From positions 14,635-78,634 of the forward strand of contig JAHDYR010000038.1 in the NCBI GenBank assembly GCA_019828565.1: DNA of 64,000 bases. The letters are read 5' to 3'. Below, one piece after another: positions 10,662-21,500 of the stretch; position 1 is the stretch's first letter; every line of letters starts with the position of its first letter. Under the pieces are notes generated by a model, which saw nothing but the letters and a program-made list of their open reading frames with translations, was not told where the DNA came from and did not search any database. The position numbers and the translations under genes are program-made. Origin of the DNA: Carpediemonas membranifera BICM. Taxonomy: Eukaryota > Protista > Fornicata.

Positions 10662-12074
10662 TCACTGGGCGCGCGTCCCCGCATATACGAACATGTTTGT
10701 GGCCGTGGCAACAGCGATGATGTCCTCGGTCGGGTGCCACCCCATGTGGAGGATCTTCCGGGCTGTGTCCACGTTCCCAATGAGGCCCTGCCCTCTGGCC
10801 CGAGTCTTGGTCAGGCGCGGCGTCTTGGTCGCCCCGCGCTTCCTGGTCGCACGCTCACGGGAGGCCTCGATGCATATGCCGCCCCGACCCATCCTATCGT
10901 AAATGTGGAAGTTGTTGTTGTAACTACCGGTCAGGACGTGCGAACCACTCGGGGAGACGGCGCACTCGAACTTGTCGAAGATGACGTCCTGCTCGAACAG
11001 ATGGGGCAAATGGGGCTTAAGGCTGTCGTGAATCGGGATGGTGTGCAGTGGCCGCGACTCCATGGCGACGTCCCACACCTTGAGCGTGAGGAAGTCCCGG
11101 GAGAACATGTACTTGCCGTCCTTGGAGAAGTGCAAGTCGGAGATGGACGAGGCGATCTCCTGGTAGAAAGACTTGGGTGGCTGGCCGGCAGTGGACTCGT
11201 TGAAGCTCTTGGAGCCGAAGTCACAGAGGGCTGAGGCGCGCAGGTCGCAGAGGCGGATGACGCCCTTGGACGTGCCGTAAGCGAAGGTCGCGGCCTCGCC
11301 TGGGTGGCACTCGGCGGCAGTGATGACTTCAACCAGGTTGTCGAGGTTCGGGGGGCGGATGTCGACGACGTTGAAGGCGGTCTCAGGCCGTTCCGTGCTC
11401 CACATGTTGATGCGGAGGTCGTCGGCAGAGAGGAACGTCACGCCGTCGCTGCTGAGGGAGAGGCTGTTGATGTGGTAGGCGTGGGCGTTGTTGAACACAC
11501 GCTTGGGGGCCGCACTGAGGACGCTCTTCGACCCCACGAGCCGTGGGATCTGCACGGTGCCGGCAGGCCTGGGCGCAGCGCTCATTGACGCAAGCTGCTT
11601 ACTCTTGCGCTCATAAACCTTCCAGAGCTTGACTGTCTTGTCATTGGTTGTCAAAAGGAAGTGGGCTCCCGCCTGTGGGTGGCACCATCGGATCTGATTG
11701 ATCTTCTCGTCGATCTCGAGGCTACGAAGATAGTCGAACTCTGTGTGAGGCGTCATACGCGGACAAACCCTGTTCGTGGGACTGGAATTCGGTGAAGAAG
11801 CGGTATTGTGCGCTGTGACGGTGCCGGGTCCCAGAGGGCGATTTAGGGGTCTTTTCAACCCTTTCAAAGAGAACAACGCGCCCACCGTGATCTCCAGCAG
11901 CCAGAAAATCGCCTGTAGTGTTGAACTCGATGGAAGAGATCAGGTCCTCTTGGTAAGGTCAACAGGAAAATGCAACGAACCTTCTTTCACGTCCTCAATC
12001 GCCGCCACATCCCCAAACACCTGGCAGAACTTCCAAGAAGAGTCTTGGTTGAATTTGAAGGATTCTGCGGCCAT
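10662..12074 (-). CDS. PPP2R2/CDC55: PP2A regulatory subunit B55 (WD40), with two tiny introns at 11949-11980 and 11741-11768
   Basis: Spliced product reads WKFCQVFG...DLISSIEF...[10 protein letters not shown]...[22 protein letters not shown]; [23 protein letters not shown]. Confidence 0.96.
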
Positions 12075-12317
12075 TTCAACGAAAGGACTCGAGCCGCGTT
12101 TTTTCTTGCACGATGTCCAAAATGTCGTTCTTCATCGAGGGTCAGACTCCCCAAGGGCGGCTTGTGCATTCAGCACTATTCGTAGGGCACATTTTAATTT
12201 CTTCATCAATGACAACGCAAGGCAAAAAGCAAAAAAAGTGACAACAGACGACATATTGGATACCACTCGAGCGATTCGCAGCTGCGAGGCGACCGACAAG
12301 GCTGCTACTTCTTGAAA

Positions 12318-15300
12318 ATGAACATCTGGCAAAATTTCTGGAAAACCAGCTCGATGCCAGAGAGGCTAGCGATAAAGCAGAACCGTGCTTTTGAGCATGC
12401 CTGTGATACATTATGGAAGATAATAAGTTCGGAAGCGATCCAGCCCCTCTCCGGGACTCCTCTTCCAAGAGAGAACGTAATCACTGCCCTTGAGCGCATA
12501 ACCAAGGCTATTTGGCCCGCCAAGACAGCGATAGAATGCAAGGAGATTGCTATTTCCGCATGGACAGACCACATGTCCGCTCCCATCCGCAAGTCCGGTT
12601 CAGCAATCATGGTACGAGAGCACTTCATCGAGTTCGTCCTCGACATGTGCGGACTGTGGCTCCCCGACAAGCCAGTGGAGCATTACATCAAGTTCATGAA
12701 GGGTCTCTCCCAGTCTGTGGCGGTTGTAACCATCAACGGCACGCCCTTTACACCTCAGGACTTCCAGGCTCAGCAGGCCGATGGCGCGGAGGTCATCCCG
12801 TTTGAGTTCATCAAGACACTGCAGAACTATTGGGAGGGCAAGGAGGCGGACGTCACATTCGCCCTGTCCGAGGATCCAGCGCACTTCGATGTTGTCAAGA
12901 ATCAGCTGACGCCGCCACCCCAGACAATGCCAGGCCCGCCGACCGGGACCAGGGTCACGCCAGAGCCCATGGAGTTCAACGATATGGCATCGATGCCGAC
13001 CCAGTGTTCCGGGGTGGATCACGATGCGGAGCTGCGGCGTGTGGTCTCCACCGACCTCAGCGACGCCCCCGTCACGGCGGTCATCATCGCACCGTACTTC
13101 TCTGCCACAGTTCAGAGGGCGGGTGAGGTGTTGGCCGGTCAGCTTGGCAGGCCGCTGCTGACCCCCGACATTGTCGCGGCGAAGCTCATTGCCTGGTTCC
13201 CTGCAGAGACCCACCCCAAGATCGCCGAGTCCGGCACTCTCTTCCGTAAGGAGGTTGAGGACGAGGAGGAGCCCGAGCCCGAGGAGGAGCAAGAGGAGCA
13301 AGAGGACGAACCCGCCGAGCCCGTCGGCCCCTGGGACTTCGCCCGCACAGACGCCCCGGCCCCGGACCTCATCCAGCTGCGGACCATCCTGGATGAGTAC
13401 GTCGAGCGGCGGGGCGGGGAGAGGGGTGCCCTGTCGGCGGCGGCACACATCTCCGCCCCGGACTTCTCCCACATGCTGACCGTCTTCACGGCGATTGCCC
13501 AGGCGGTCCGGGTGGCGGATGGATTTACGGCGCCGCTGTCAGAGACAGGCGTAGTGCTGTGTGGCATGCCATACTCGATGCCGAACGCCCCCGCACCAGG
13601 GTTTGTCGGGCGTGTGAGCGACATCATGGACCTCCGGCCGGCCGCGGTTTTGTCATTCATGCCCGAAACGACGGCTGCGGTGTACACCCGCGACTACCAG
13701 GGCGCGCTACGGCCCGCGACGGGGGCCCTGCATCCTGATACAGCCGCCGTGACCGCGGCGTACAAGGACCTCGTCGACGCTGTCAAGGATGCGTGGCAGT
13801 GCCCCATCGTGAAGGTGCCGATGCTGGCAGAACCCGAGGCTGCGGCTGCCATGGCGGTGCGTGCGATGCCCTTCGAAGTACAGGTCGGGCTGAGGTGGGC
13901 CCGGCGAGCGACACCTGCCGCCACACTGGATCCCAGCGAGGACGGCGAGGAAGGAGATGAGGCCCCAACTCCCGCCAGCTGGGATGACCAGGTGCGTGCC
14001 CTCGTCGCCCCCCCGCTGCCCCCGCGCCCCACTGACGAGGCTGATGACGATGCCGAGGAGGAGGAGGCTGATCCCATCGAGGGCCTCGATATCGGCGAGC
14101 TGGAGCCGCCTGCCCGACCAACTCTGGCCACATGGCCGACTGGCGGTCTGTCGGGTTGGCTTGAGCCGACGACACTCAGCGAGATCGGGCCATTGTGCCC
14201 CGTGGCAACCGTTCGGGACGGACACGCGGTGTGCGGGTCGCCTCAGTTCGCGGTTCTGTCACTCGGCCGGTTATGGCTGTGCGCTGGTGCCGACGAGCGG
14301 GAGGCCTTTGTCTCCAGCCCGAAAGATACGATCCGGGCCGCCCTCCAGTGGGCCTCGAAGCCTGACGCCATCACCGGCCCTGTCCTCGTGCTTGTGCCGG
14401 ACGATCCGCACTTTAGGGTGACCATGGCGACTGTGCTGGAGTCGACTGCCCTTGACATGCATGTCGAGCCCGTGTGGCCGGGGTCGGTCGAGGAGGCGAC
14501 CTTAGCGCTTTGCAGCGAGAGTCCCGCCTTCGTTATGACAACGGAGCCGATGCTCCGCGCCGTTGTCGACCTCATCGACCCCAAGCCGGAGCCTCAGCCG
14601 GACGATGCGGCCGAGAGCAAGGAGGACGAGGAGGCCATTGAGCCGGAGATGCAGCCAGAAGACGAGCCCGAGCAGGACCAGCCTGAGACCGAGGCTGAAG
14701 AGATCGCCGAAGCAGACCAGGACGCAGCCGACGAGGGGGAGGAGAAGCCGGAAGAAGAGGCTGAACCTGAAGCCGAGCCCGAGCCTCAGAGACATCTGCA
14801 GGTTCAACGTGTCGTTTTGCTCAATGGCGAACTTGCGAACAAGCGCATGCCTGTCGCGCCCAAGCCGGACCCGGACGACGGCGACGAGGCTGAGGAGGAA
14901 GACGAAGAGGCGGAGCCCACTGTGGCCCCCAGGTTCTCCGTGTCCGGGGAGACGCGGGCACTGCTGCGGGCCCGATGCCCCCAGGCGCCGCACGTCAGCC
15001 TGCCCCTCGGCCTGATGTGGTGCGAGGACTGGGCCGCGATCGCCCAGAAAGCGCTGGACGAGACTGCTGACAACGACGCCGAGGCCGCGTTTGAGAAACG
15101 AAAGGCCGAGTTGGAAGCCAGGGTAGCCGAGCAGCAACAAGCGATCTCTGCCCTCGAGGCCGAGACCAAGGAGCTTGCCTCCGAGAAGGAAGGCATGCTT
15201 CACCCTCCCGAACCAGAGCCCGCCGGGGAGGGTGACGATGAGGCGGCTGAAGGGCAAGAGGACTCCGCTGATGCCGACAAGTCCGGGGGGCCAGAGGATG

Positions 15301-18300
15301 TGTCTGCTGAAGCCGATAACCCCGAGCCCACGGAGCCCCAGCCGGTCGAGCTGACCGAGGAGCAGCAGACGAGGGTAGCCGAGATCGACGCACGTGTCGC
15401 TGCCATTGACGAAGAGCTCCCAGTGGTCAAGGCTGCGCTGGAGGAGGTCTCAGCTGCCCTCTCTGGCTTGACCGCGGCCCAGTTCAGGCAGCCGCCCTAC
15501 ACTCTGGTGACGGACGACAGCCGCACCACGGTCCCACTCGACACGGTGCATGCCGCCGTCCGCAAGGCCCTATCCTGGTGGGTTGCTCCCACAGTGGAGC
15601 CGGTGGTTGCCCCGCCCGGGGTCTGCGGCGTGTTCGACCCCATCCACCTCGAGGCCAACCGGCTCATCCGGGGTCACGCCGACTGCCACTGTCTTTACCG
15701 GGGACGCAGCTACTACTTCTCTTCAGAACCCCATCGCGCGGCCTTCAGACTTGACCCGGACCGCTTTATGTCGCCAGCCGTCCCGCGGTCAGTGGTTGTG
15801 CACGTTGCCGATAACGACCGCGCCATCCCATTCCTCAAGGACACCCTGCTGCACCGTGTCGACGTGTTCGGCCTGGGCGACGACGACACTGTCTTCACCG
15901 CTCTGGCGGCCGTGGAGCAGTCACCGGTGCATGCCCAGCTCGTGCTCACGCCGGGCCTCGTGCGCCGGACGGTGGAAGGGATGGAGGAAGCCCGCCTGGA
16001 GAAGGAGAGGGCCGAGCGGAAGGCCGCGAAGGAGGCCGCCCGGGCTGCCCGCGAGGAGGCGGGTGAGGAGGACGAAGAAGAAGAAGAAGAAGACGAGGAA
16101 GAGGAGCCGGAGGAGTACGAGACAGTATTCGAGCGTCACCAGCCCGCCCTCGCTGACGCCATTCGAGAGACTCTGGGCCGCTGCGGCGCACATGTGATTG
16201 TGACACACCAGGCGCCTGAACCCGACGAAGATACGGACATGGCAACGTCGATGCTGGACTTCATCCGATATGTCTGCATCGCCCAGTGCGCTTCGGTGAT
16301 CGCCCACACGTACGTGCCGCCCAGTGACCCTGACGAGGACGAGGACGAGGACGAGGACCGCGTCATGCCGACGGACCCCGAGGCAACTAGGGCAGCAGTG
16401 GCCGCACAGACCCTTGATTCCCGCCGCACGAGACTCGAACCGGCATACATTTGCACGCCAGACGACGCAGCCACGCTTGAACACGCCATTGCAGTCGGTT
16501 CGGTCGCACTGACCCGGTTTGGGATGGTGTGCCCCGCTACATTCCGCCAGGATGGATCCACCACCGCGCCCTGCAGGCTGCCCTCCCAGCCCGACGGACC
16601 TGGCCCCACGGCACTCGAGCTGTCAGGCCCCTCGCGGGCCGCTGTGGTCCACCGCAGCCTGGCAATGTTCCCCACGCCGGAGAATACGGCCCGGGTTGCC
16701 GCAGACCCAGTGGCATTCGCAGGCCGCATGCCCAATGCCCTGACGACGCCCTCGCTGTGCTTTGAAGGCCGCCCCATGTTTGCTCCCGCTTCCATCGACG
16801 GACTCGTACCCCAGAACCTCGGCCGCACTGCCCTGTGCATCACAGGCCCCCCGCAGTCCGGCAAGACTACCACGGCGAAGTCGCTGGCGGAGTCGGCCGG
16901 TCTCGTCTACGTGGCCCTCGCTGACATAATCCGGGACTTCATGGACATGCCCGACGACAACGCCCTTGCAGCCATCATCAAGACGACGCTATTGGACGGC
17001 CAGGCGCTGTCCGATGATCTCGTGGCAGACGTCGCCTCCTGGGCGATTGCCCGGGCCGGTGACTGTGTGCTTGACGGATTCCCGGCCACACCCGCACAGC
17101 TTGAGGCGCTGCGGGCCCGGGGTCTCTCCCTGCCCGTGTATTACTTGGAGCACACGCTGCCCTTCTTGGAGTCTAGCGCCACGGCCGATGCGCAACCGCA
17201 CCACGTGCTGCCGCTTCCACCCCTGCCCCGCGCCCAGGAAGAGGAGGAGGACGAGGAAGAGGAGGCCGAGGAGGAGGACGAGGAAGAGGAGGCCGAGGAG
17301 GATGAGGATGCGCCCAAGCCCCGTATCCACGTCGAAGACACCACCGTCACTGGCGCCAATCCGGCCGCAGGGCTGGTTGGCATGGACGGCGTGATATCAA
17401 TCGCCCAGCAGGACTCCCCATGGATGGCCGCCGACACAATCAGAGCCACACTGCGCCAGACCAACAGGGCACGCGTGGCCCACCTCATGGCCGAAGCGGA
17501 CCGGCCGACCCCCTTCACCGGGACCCCTGAGGAACTGCGGGCCATGGCAGCGCCATCGATGCCGTACTGCGCGGTCCACCTCTCTGGACGATGGCGTCTG
17601 GATGCCGACGACGGCATCAGCCTTGGATCAAGGATATCCGATCTGGCATGCGGTCGCTATGTCACTGAGGAGCCTGACCAGGACGCCATCCGCCTTGTTG
17701 ACCTCGGTATGGATCCCGCCAGGGCCATAGTTTTCCGCGGCAAGGCGTATGCGGTGAGTGGGACACCGGCCGTGCGGGCCTTCATGGTCCGCCCGACCCT
17801 GTTCACAGACGCCCCCGAGGTCGTGAACCGGACGTCTGAGGCTGCGTCACTTGATGCGATAGACGACACGCCTCAGGCTGTCAAGCGCGCTGCCGACTCA
17901 GCCGAGGTGTCTCTTGGCGGTCTTTGCCCCGTAACCCTCAACCCGGTCAGCGCCGCCCGCTTTGTTCTGGGCCGCCCTGATGCGGTGGCTGAGTACGCTG
18001 GATCGAAGTTTATGTTCGTGTCCGACCTGGCTCGCCACACCTTCATGCGGTCGCCCTGGCGCTTCGTCAACCTACCTCTCCCGAACCCACTACCAAATCC
18101 CGCCATGCCCCACACTGTCCAGGGCCTCACTGACCGCGGCTATCTCGAGGCTGAGTTCGCGGAGTTGCTAACAGAGGCTCTGGCTCAGTTGGGCGAATTC
18201 CAACCTGTTTCTGTCGGATCTGTGTCGGCCGAGTCGATGGCACACCTCTTCCTGGGCCTATGGGTCAAGGCGCACAACCCAAATTCCACCAATACTGAGC

Positions 18301-18464
18301 AGGCTGAGTGGCAGGCCCGCCTGGATGTTGTTACAGCGTGTGGCGGTGCGACGTATGCTGCACAGAAGGGCGAAAGTGGGCCTTACATGCTGCGACTCGA
18401 GGAGGATGTCCGACGGGTGTGGGGCGAGACGGACCGGCTTCTGCGACTCCCTCAATGTGAATAA
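12318..18464 (+). CDS. AK9: Adenylate kinase 9-like large axonemal protein (YHS-like repeats, AK domain, acidic tracts); start uncertain
   Basis: P-loop GPPQSGKTT and VLDGFP; several CPV...G...F...P YHS-like units; AK9-type C-terminus GYLE...LWVKAHNP. Confidence 0.75.
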   Translation: MNIWQNFWKTSSMPERLAIKQNRAFEHACDTLWKIISSEAIQPLSGTPLPRENVITALERITKAIWPAKTAIECKEIAISAWTDHMSAPIRKSGSAIMVREHFIEFVLDMCGLWLPDKPVEHYIKFMKGLSQSVAVVTINGTPFTPQDFQAQQADGAEVIPFEFIKTLQNYWEGKEADVTFALSEDPAHFDVVKNQLTPPPQTMPGPPTGTRVTPEPMEFNDMASMPTQCSGVDHDAELRRVVSTDLSDAPVTAVIIAPYFSATVQRAGEVLAGQLGRPLLTPDIVAAKLIAWFPAETHPKIAESGTLFRKEVEDEEEPEPEEEQEEQEDEPAEPVGPWDFARTDAPAPDLIQLRTILDEYVERRGGERGALSAAAHISAPDFSHMLTVFTAIAQAVRVADGFTAPLSETGVVLCGMPYSMPNAPAPGFVGRVSDIMDLRPAAVLSFMPETTAAVYTRDYQGALRPATGALHPDTAAVTAAYKDLVDAVKDAWQCPIVKVPMLAEPEAAAAMAVRAMPFEVQVGLRWARRATPAATLDPSEDGEEGDEAPTPASWDDQVRALVAPPLPPRPTDEADDDAEEEEADPIEGLDIGELEPPARPTLATWPTGGLSGWLEPTTLSEIGPLCPVATVRDGHAVCGSPQFAVLSLGRLWLCAGADEREAFVSSPKDTIRAALQWASKPDAITGPVLVLVPDDPHFRVTMATVLESTALDMHVEPVWPGSVEEATLALCSESPAFVMTTEPMLRAVVDLIDPKPEPQPDDAAESKEDEEAIEPEMQPEDEPEQDQPETEAEEIAEADQDAADEGEEKPEEEAEPEAEPEPQRHLQVQRVVLLNGELANKRMPVAPKPDPDDGDEAEEEDEEAEPTVAPRFSVSGETRALLRARCPQAPHVSLPLGLMWCEDWAAIAQKALDETADNDAEAAFEKRKAELEARVAEQQQAISALEAETKELASEKEGMLHPPEPEPAGEGDDEAAEGQEDSADADKSGGPEDVSAEADNPEPTEPQPVELTEEQQTRVAEIDARVAAIDEELPVVKAALEEVSAALSGLTAAQFRQPPYTLVTDDSRTTVPLDTVHAAVRKALSWWVAPTVEPVVAPPGVCGVFDPIHLEANRLIRGHADCHCLYRGRSYYFSSEPHRAAFRLDPDRFMSPAVPRSVVVHVADNDRAIPFLKDTLLHRVDVFGLGDDDTVFTALAAVEQSPVHAQLVLTPGLVRRTVEGMEEARLEKERAERKAAKEAARAAREEAGEEDEEEEEEDEEEEPEEYETVFERHQPALADAIRETLGRCGAHVIVTHQAPEPDEDTDMATSMLDFIRYVCIAQCASVIAHTYVPPSDPDEDEDEDEDRVMPTDPEATRAAVAAQTLDSRRTRLEPAYICTPDDAATLEHAIAVGSVALTRFGMVCPATFRQDGSTTAPCRLPSQPDGPGPTALELSGPSRAAVVHRSLAMFPTPENTARVAADPVAFAGRMPNALTTPSLCFEGRPMFAPASIDGLVPQNLGRTALCITGPPQSGKTTTAKSLAESAGLVYVALADIIRDFMDMPDDNALAAIIKTTLLDGQALSDDLVADVASWAIARAGDCVLDGFPATPAQLEALRARGLSLPVYYLEHTLPFLESSATADAQPHHVLPLPPLPRAQEEEEDEEEEAEEEDEEEEAEEDEDAPKPRIHVEDTTVTGANPAAGLVGMDGVISIAQQDSPWMAADTIRATLRQTNRARVAHLMAEADRPTPFTGTPEELRAMAAPSMPYCAVHLSGRWRLDADDGISLGSRISDLACGRYVTEEPDQDAIRLVDLGMDPARAIVFRGKAYAVSGTPAVRAFMVRPTLFTDAPEVVNRTSEAASLDAIDDTPQAVKRAADSAEVSLGGLCPVTLNPVSAARFVLGRPDAVAEYAGSKFMFVSDLARHTFMRSPWRFVNLPLPNPLPNPAMPHTVQGLTDRGYLEAEFAELLTEALAQLGEFQPVSVGSVSAESMAHLFLGLWVKAHNPNSTNTEQAEWQARLDVVTACGGATYAAQKGESGPYMLRLEEDVRRVWGETDRLLRLPQCE

Positions 18465-18531
18465 AGCAACAAATAATGGTATTAATATGAATAATTTACG
18501 TGTTACTTCGCTAATAAAATAAATGGAGGAA

Positions 18532-21500
18532 TCACGAGCTAAAGTTGAAGTCGCCGCTGCGGCTTCGTTTGAGCACAGATTCCATTCCTGTGTGGTCGTG
18601 GGGGAAGGGGGAGCTGACATGCTTGGGATCAAGCTTAGCAAGTGCCGTGTCGCGGTGACGCAGCTTCCGCTCGAGCACCTCGACCCGTTTCATCAGGTAA
18701 TCAGTGTTGTCCGTCGAACCGCCAGCCCTTAGGCGCTTAACCTCACGCTCGGCAGCCACCTTCGCGCGAACATTGTCTGCATGATCTCGGTAGCTTAATA
18801 CAACCACGTCAATAGCATCCCCGTCCGCAACACCACGAGCGCGCTCCTGTTGGCGGATTGTCTCAACCTGCACAACCAACGACCTCAGCCACTTCTTTTG
18901 CCGCAACTGGGCATCCAACGCTCGGATCTGGGACGATGCGGCGGCTACATGACTGGCCGCATGTCCGCTGTGCTGGGCAGAGATCAGGGCCATGTTCTCA
19001 TCCCTCAGCTGGGCGATCGTCGTCACGAGCTCCTCGCGGCCACTGGCCAGGAGCTCTTCGAGCTCCTCGACGTGGCTTGCCTGCCGTTCAACAATGCGCT
19101 CGAGCTCCTTGACCCTCTCTGTCTCAGCGGCGAGGTCCTTGGCCCGGGTCGCCTCGAGTTCAGTCACGGCATTGAGCCTAGCTGTGAGGTCAGCGATGAC
19201 CTCAGCACTCTCCTCGCCCTGGCGTTGATTAATCAAGCTCACAGCTTGAAGGTCTGCTGATATGGCCTCGAGATCGGCTACCTTCTGCACGACTTCGTTC
19301 TTGCGCGCCTCGAGCTCGCTCTTGAGGCCCTCGACCTCGCGGCGCAGGGCGTTGCGCTCCTGGTCGACAAGCTCAGCGTCGTCCTCGCGCTGCAGGATCG
19401 TCTGCTCCAGGTCGAAGGTGCGGTCTTGGAACTGGCGCTTCAACTCGCGGACCTCTTCCTGAAGCTGCTTGCGTTCTTCCTCGAACTCGGCAGCCTTCGC
19501 GGCGGCAGTCTCCTGCATCCGGATGATCTGCGACTTGAGGTCGGCGATCTCACGCGTCTTCTCGGGCAGGGTCTTGCTCTCGAGGTTCTTGGCCTTGCCG
19601 CGCAGAGCCTCCATCTCGGTGACCTGCTCAGCGAGCGTCTCAGCGCGGGAGCTGACAGCCTCGCGCTGCTCTTCTGCTTCGCGCAGGCGGCGCTTCGTGT
19701 CGTCGATCTCGTCGCGGAGGTGCGCGATCACGTTCTCGTGCTCGGCCTGCTGCTGCTCGATGTTGGCCTGGGCGACGTGGAGGCTCGCCAGGAGGTCCGC
19801 GCTCTTCTCGCGCGTAGTCTCGTTCGCGGCGGCCTGGCGCTTGACCTCAGCCTGGCTCGCCTCGAGATCGGCGACCTTCTGCACGACTTCGTTCTTGCGC
19901 GCCTCGAGCTCGCTCTTGAGGCCCTCGACCTCGCGGCGCAGGGCGTTGCGCTCCTGTGCGACAAGCTCAGCGTCGCCATCACGCTGCAGGATCGTCTGCT
20001 CCAGGTCGAAGGTGCGGTCTTGGAACTGGCACTTTAACTCGCGGACCTCTTCCTGAAGCTGCTTGCGTTCTTCCTCGAACTCGGCAGCCTTCGCGGCGGC
20101 AGTCTCCTGCATCCGGATGATCTGCGACTTGAGGTCGGCGATCTCACGCGTCTTCTCGGGCAGGGTCTTGCTCTCGAGGTTCTTGGCCTTGCCGCGCAGA
20201 GCCTCCATCTCGGTGACCTGCTCAGCGAGCGTCTCAGCGCGGGAGCTGACAGCCTCGCGCTGCTCTTCTGCTTCGCGCAGGCGGCGCTTCGTGTCGTCGA
20301 TCTCGTCGCGGAGGTGCGCGATCACGTTCTCGTGCTCGGCCTGCTGCTGCTCGATGTTGGCCTGGGCGACGTGGAGGCTCGCCAGGAGGTCCGCGTTCTT
20401 CTCGCGCGTAGTCTCGTTCGCGGCGGCCTGGCGCTTGACCTCAGCCTGGCTCGCCTCGAGATCGGCGACCTTCTGCACGACTTCGTTCTTGCGCGCCTCG
20501 AGCTCGCTCTTGAGGCCCTCGACCTCGCGGCGCAGGGCGTTGCGCTCCTGGTCGACAAGCTCAGCGTCGTCCTCGCGCTGCAGGATCGTCTGCTCCAGGT
20601 CGAAGGTGCGGTCTTGGAACTGGCGCTTCAACTCGCGGACCTCTTCCTGAAGCTGCTTGCGTTCTTCCTCGAACTCGGCAGCCTTCGCGGCGGCAGTCTC
20701 CTGCATCCGGATGATCTGCGACTTGAGGTCGGCGATCTCACGCGTCTTCTCGGGCAGGGTCTTGCTCTCGAGGTTCTTGGCCTTGCCGCGCAGAGCCTCC
20801 ATCTCGGTGACCTGCTCAGCGAGCGTCTCAGCGCGGGAGCTGACGGCCTCGCGCTGCTCTTCTGCTTCGCGCAGGCGGCGCTTCGTGTCGTCGATCTCGT
20901 CGCGGAGGTGCGCGATCACGTCCTCGTGCTCGGCCTGCTGCTGCTCGATGTTGGCCTGGGCGACGTGGAGGCTCGCCAGGAGGTCCGCGTTCTTCTCGCG
21001 CGTAGTCTCGTTCGCGGCGGCCTGGCGCTTGACCTCAGCCTGGCTCGCCTCGAGATCGGCGACCTTCTGCACGACTTCGTTCTTGCGCGCCTCGAGCTCG
21101 CTCTTGAGGCCCTCGACCTCGCGGCGCAGGGCGTTGCGCTCCTGGTCGACAAGCTCAGCGTCGTCCTCGCGCTGCAGGATCGTCTGCTCCAGGTCGAAGG
21201 TGCGGTCTTGGAACTGGCGCTTCAACTCGCGGACCTCTTCCTGAAGCTGCTTGCGTTCTTCCTCGAACTCGGCAGCCTTCGCGGCGGCAGTCTCCTGCAT
21301 CCGGATGATCTGCGACTTGAGGTCGGCGATCTCACGCGTCTTCTCGGGCAGGGTCTTGCTCTCGAGGTTCTTGGCCTTGCCGCGCAGAGCCTCCATCTCG
21401 GTGACCTGCTCAGCGAGCGTCTCAGCGCGGGAGCTGACAGCCTCGCGCTGCTCTTCTGCTTCGCGCAGGCGGCGCTTCGTGTCGTCGATCTCGTCGCGGA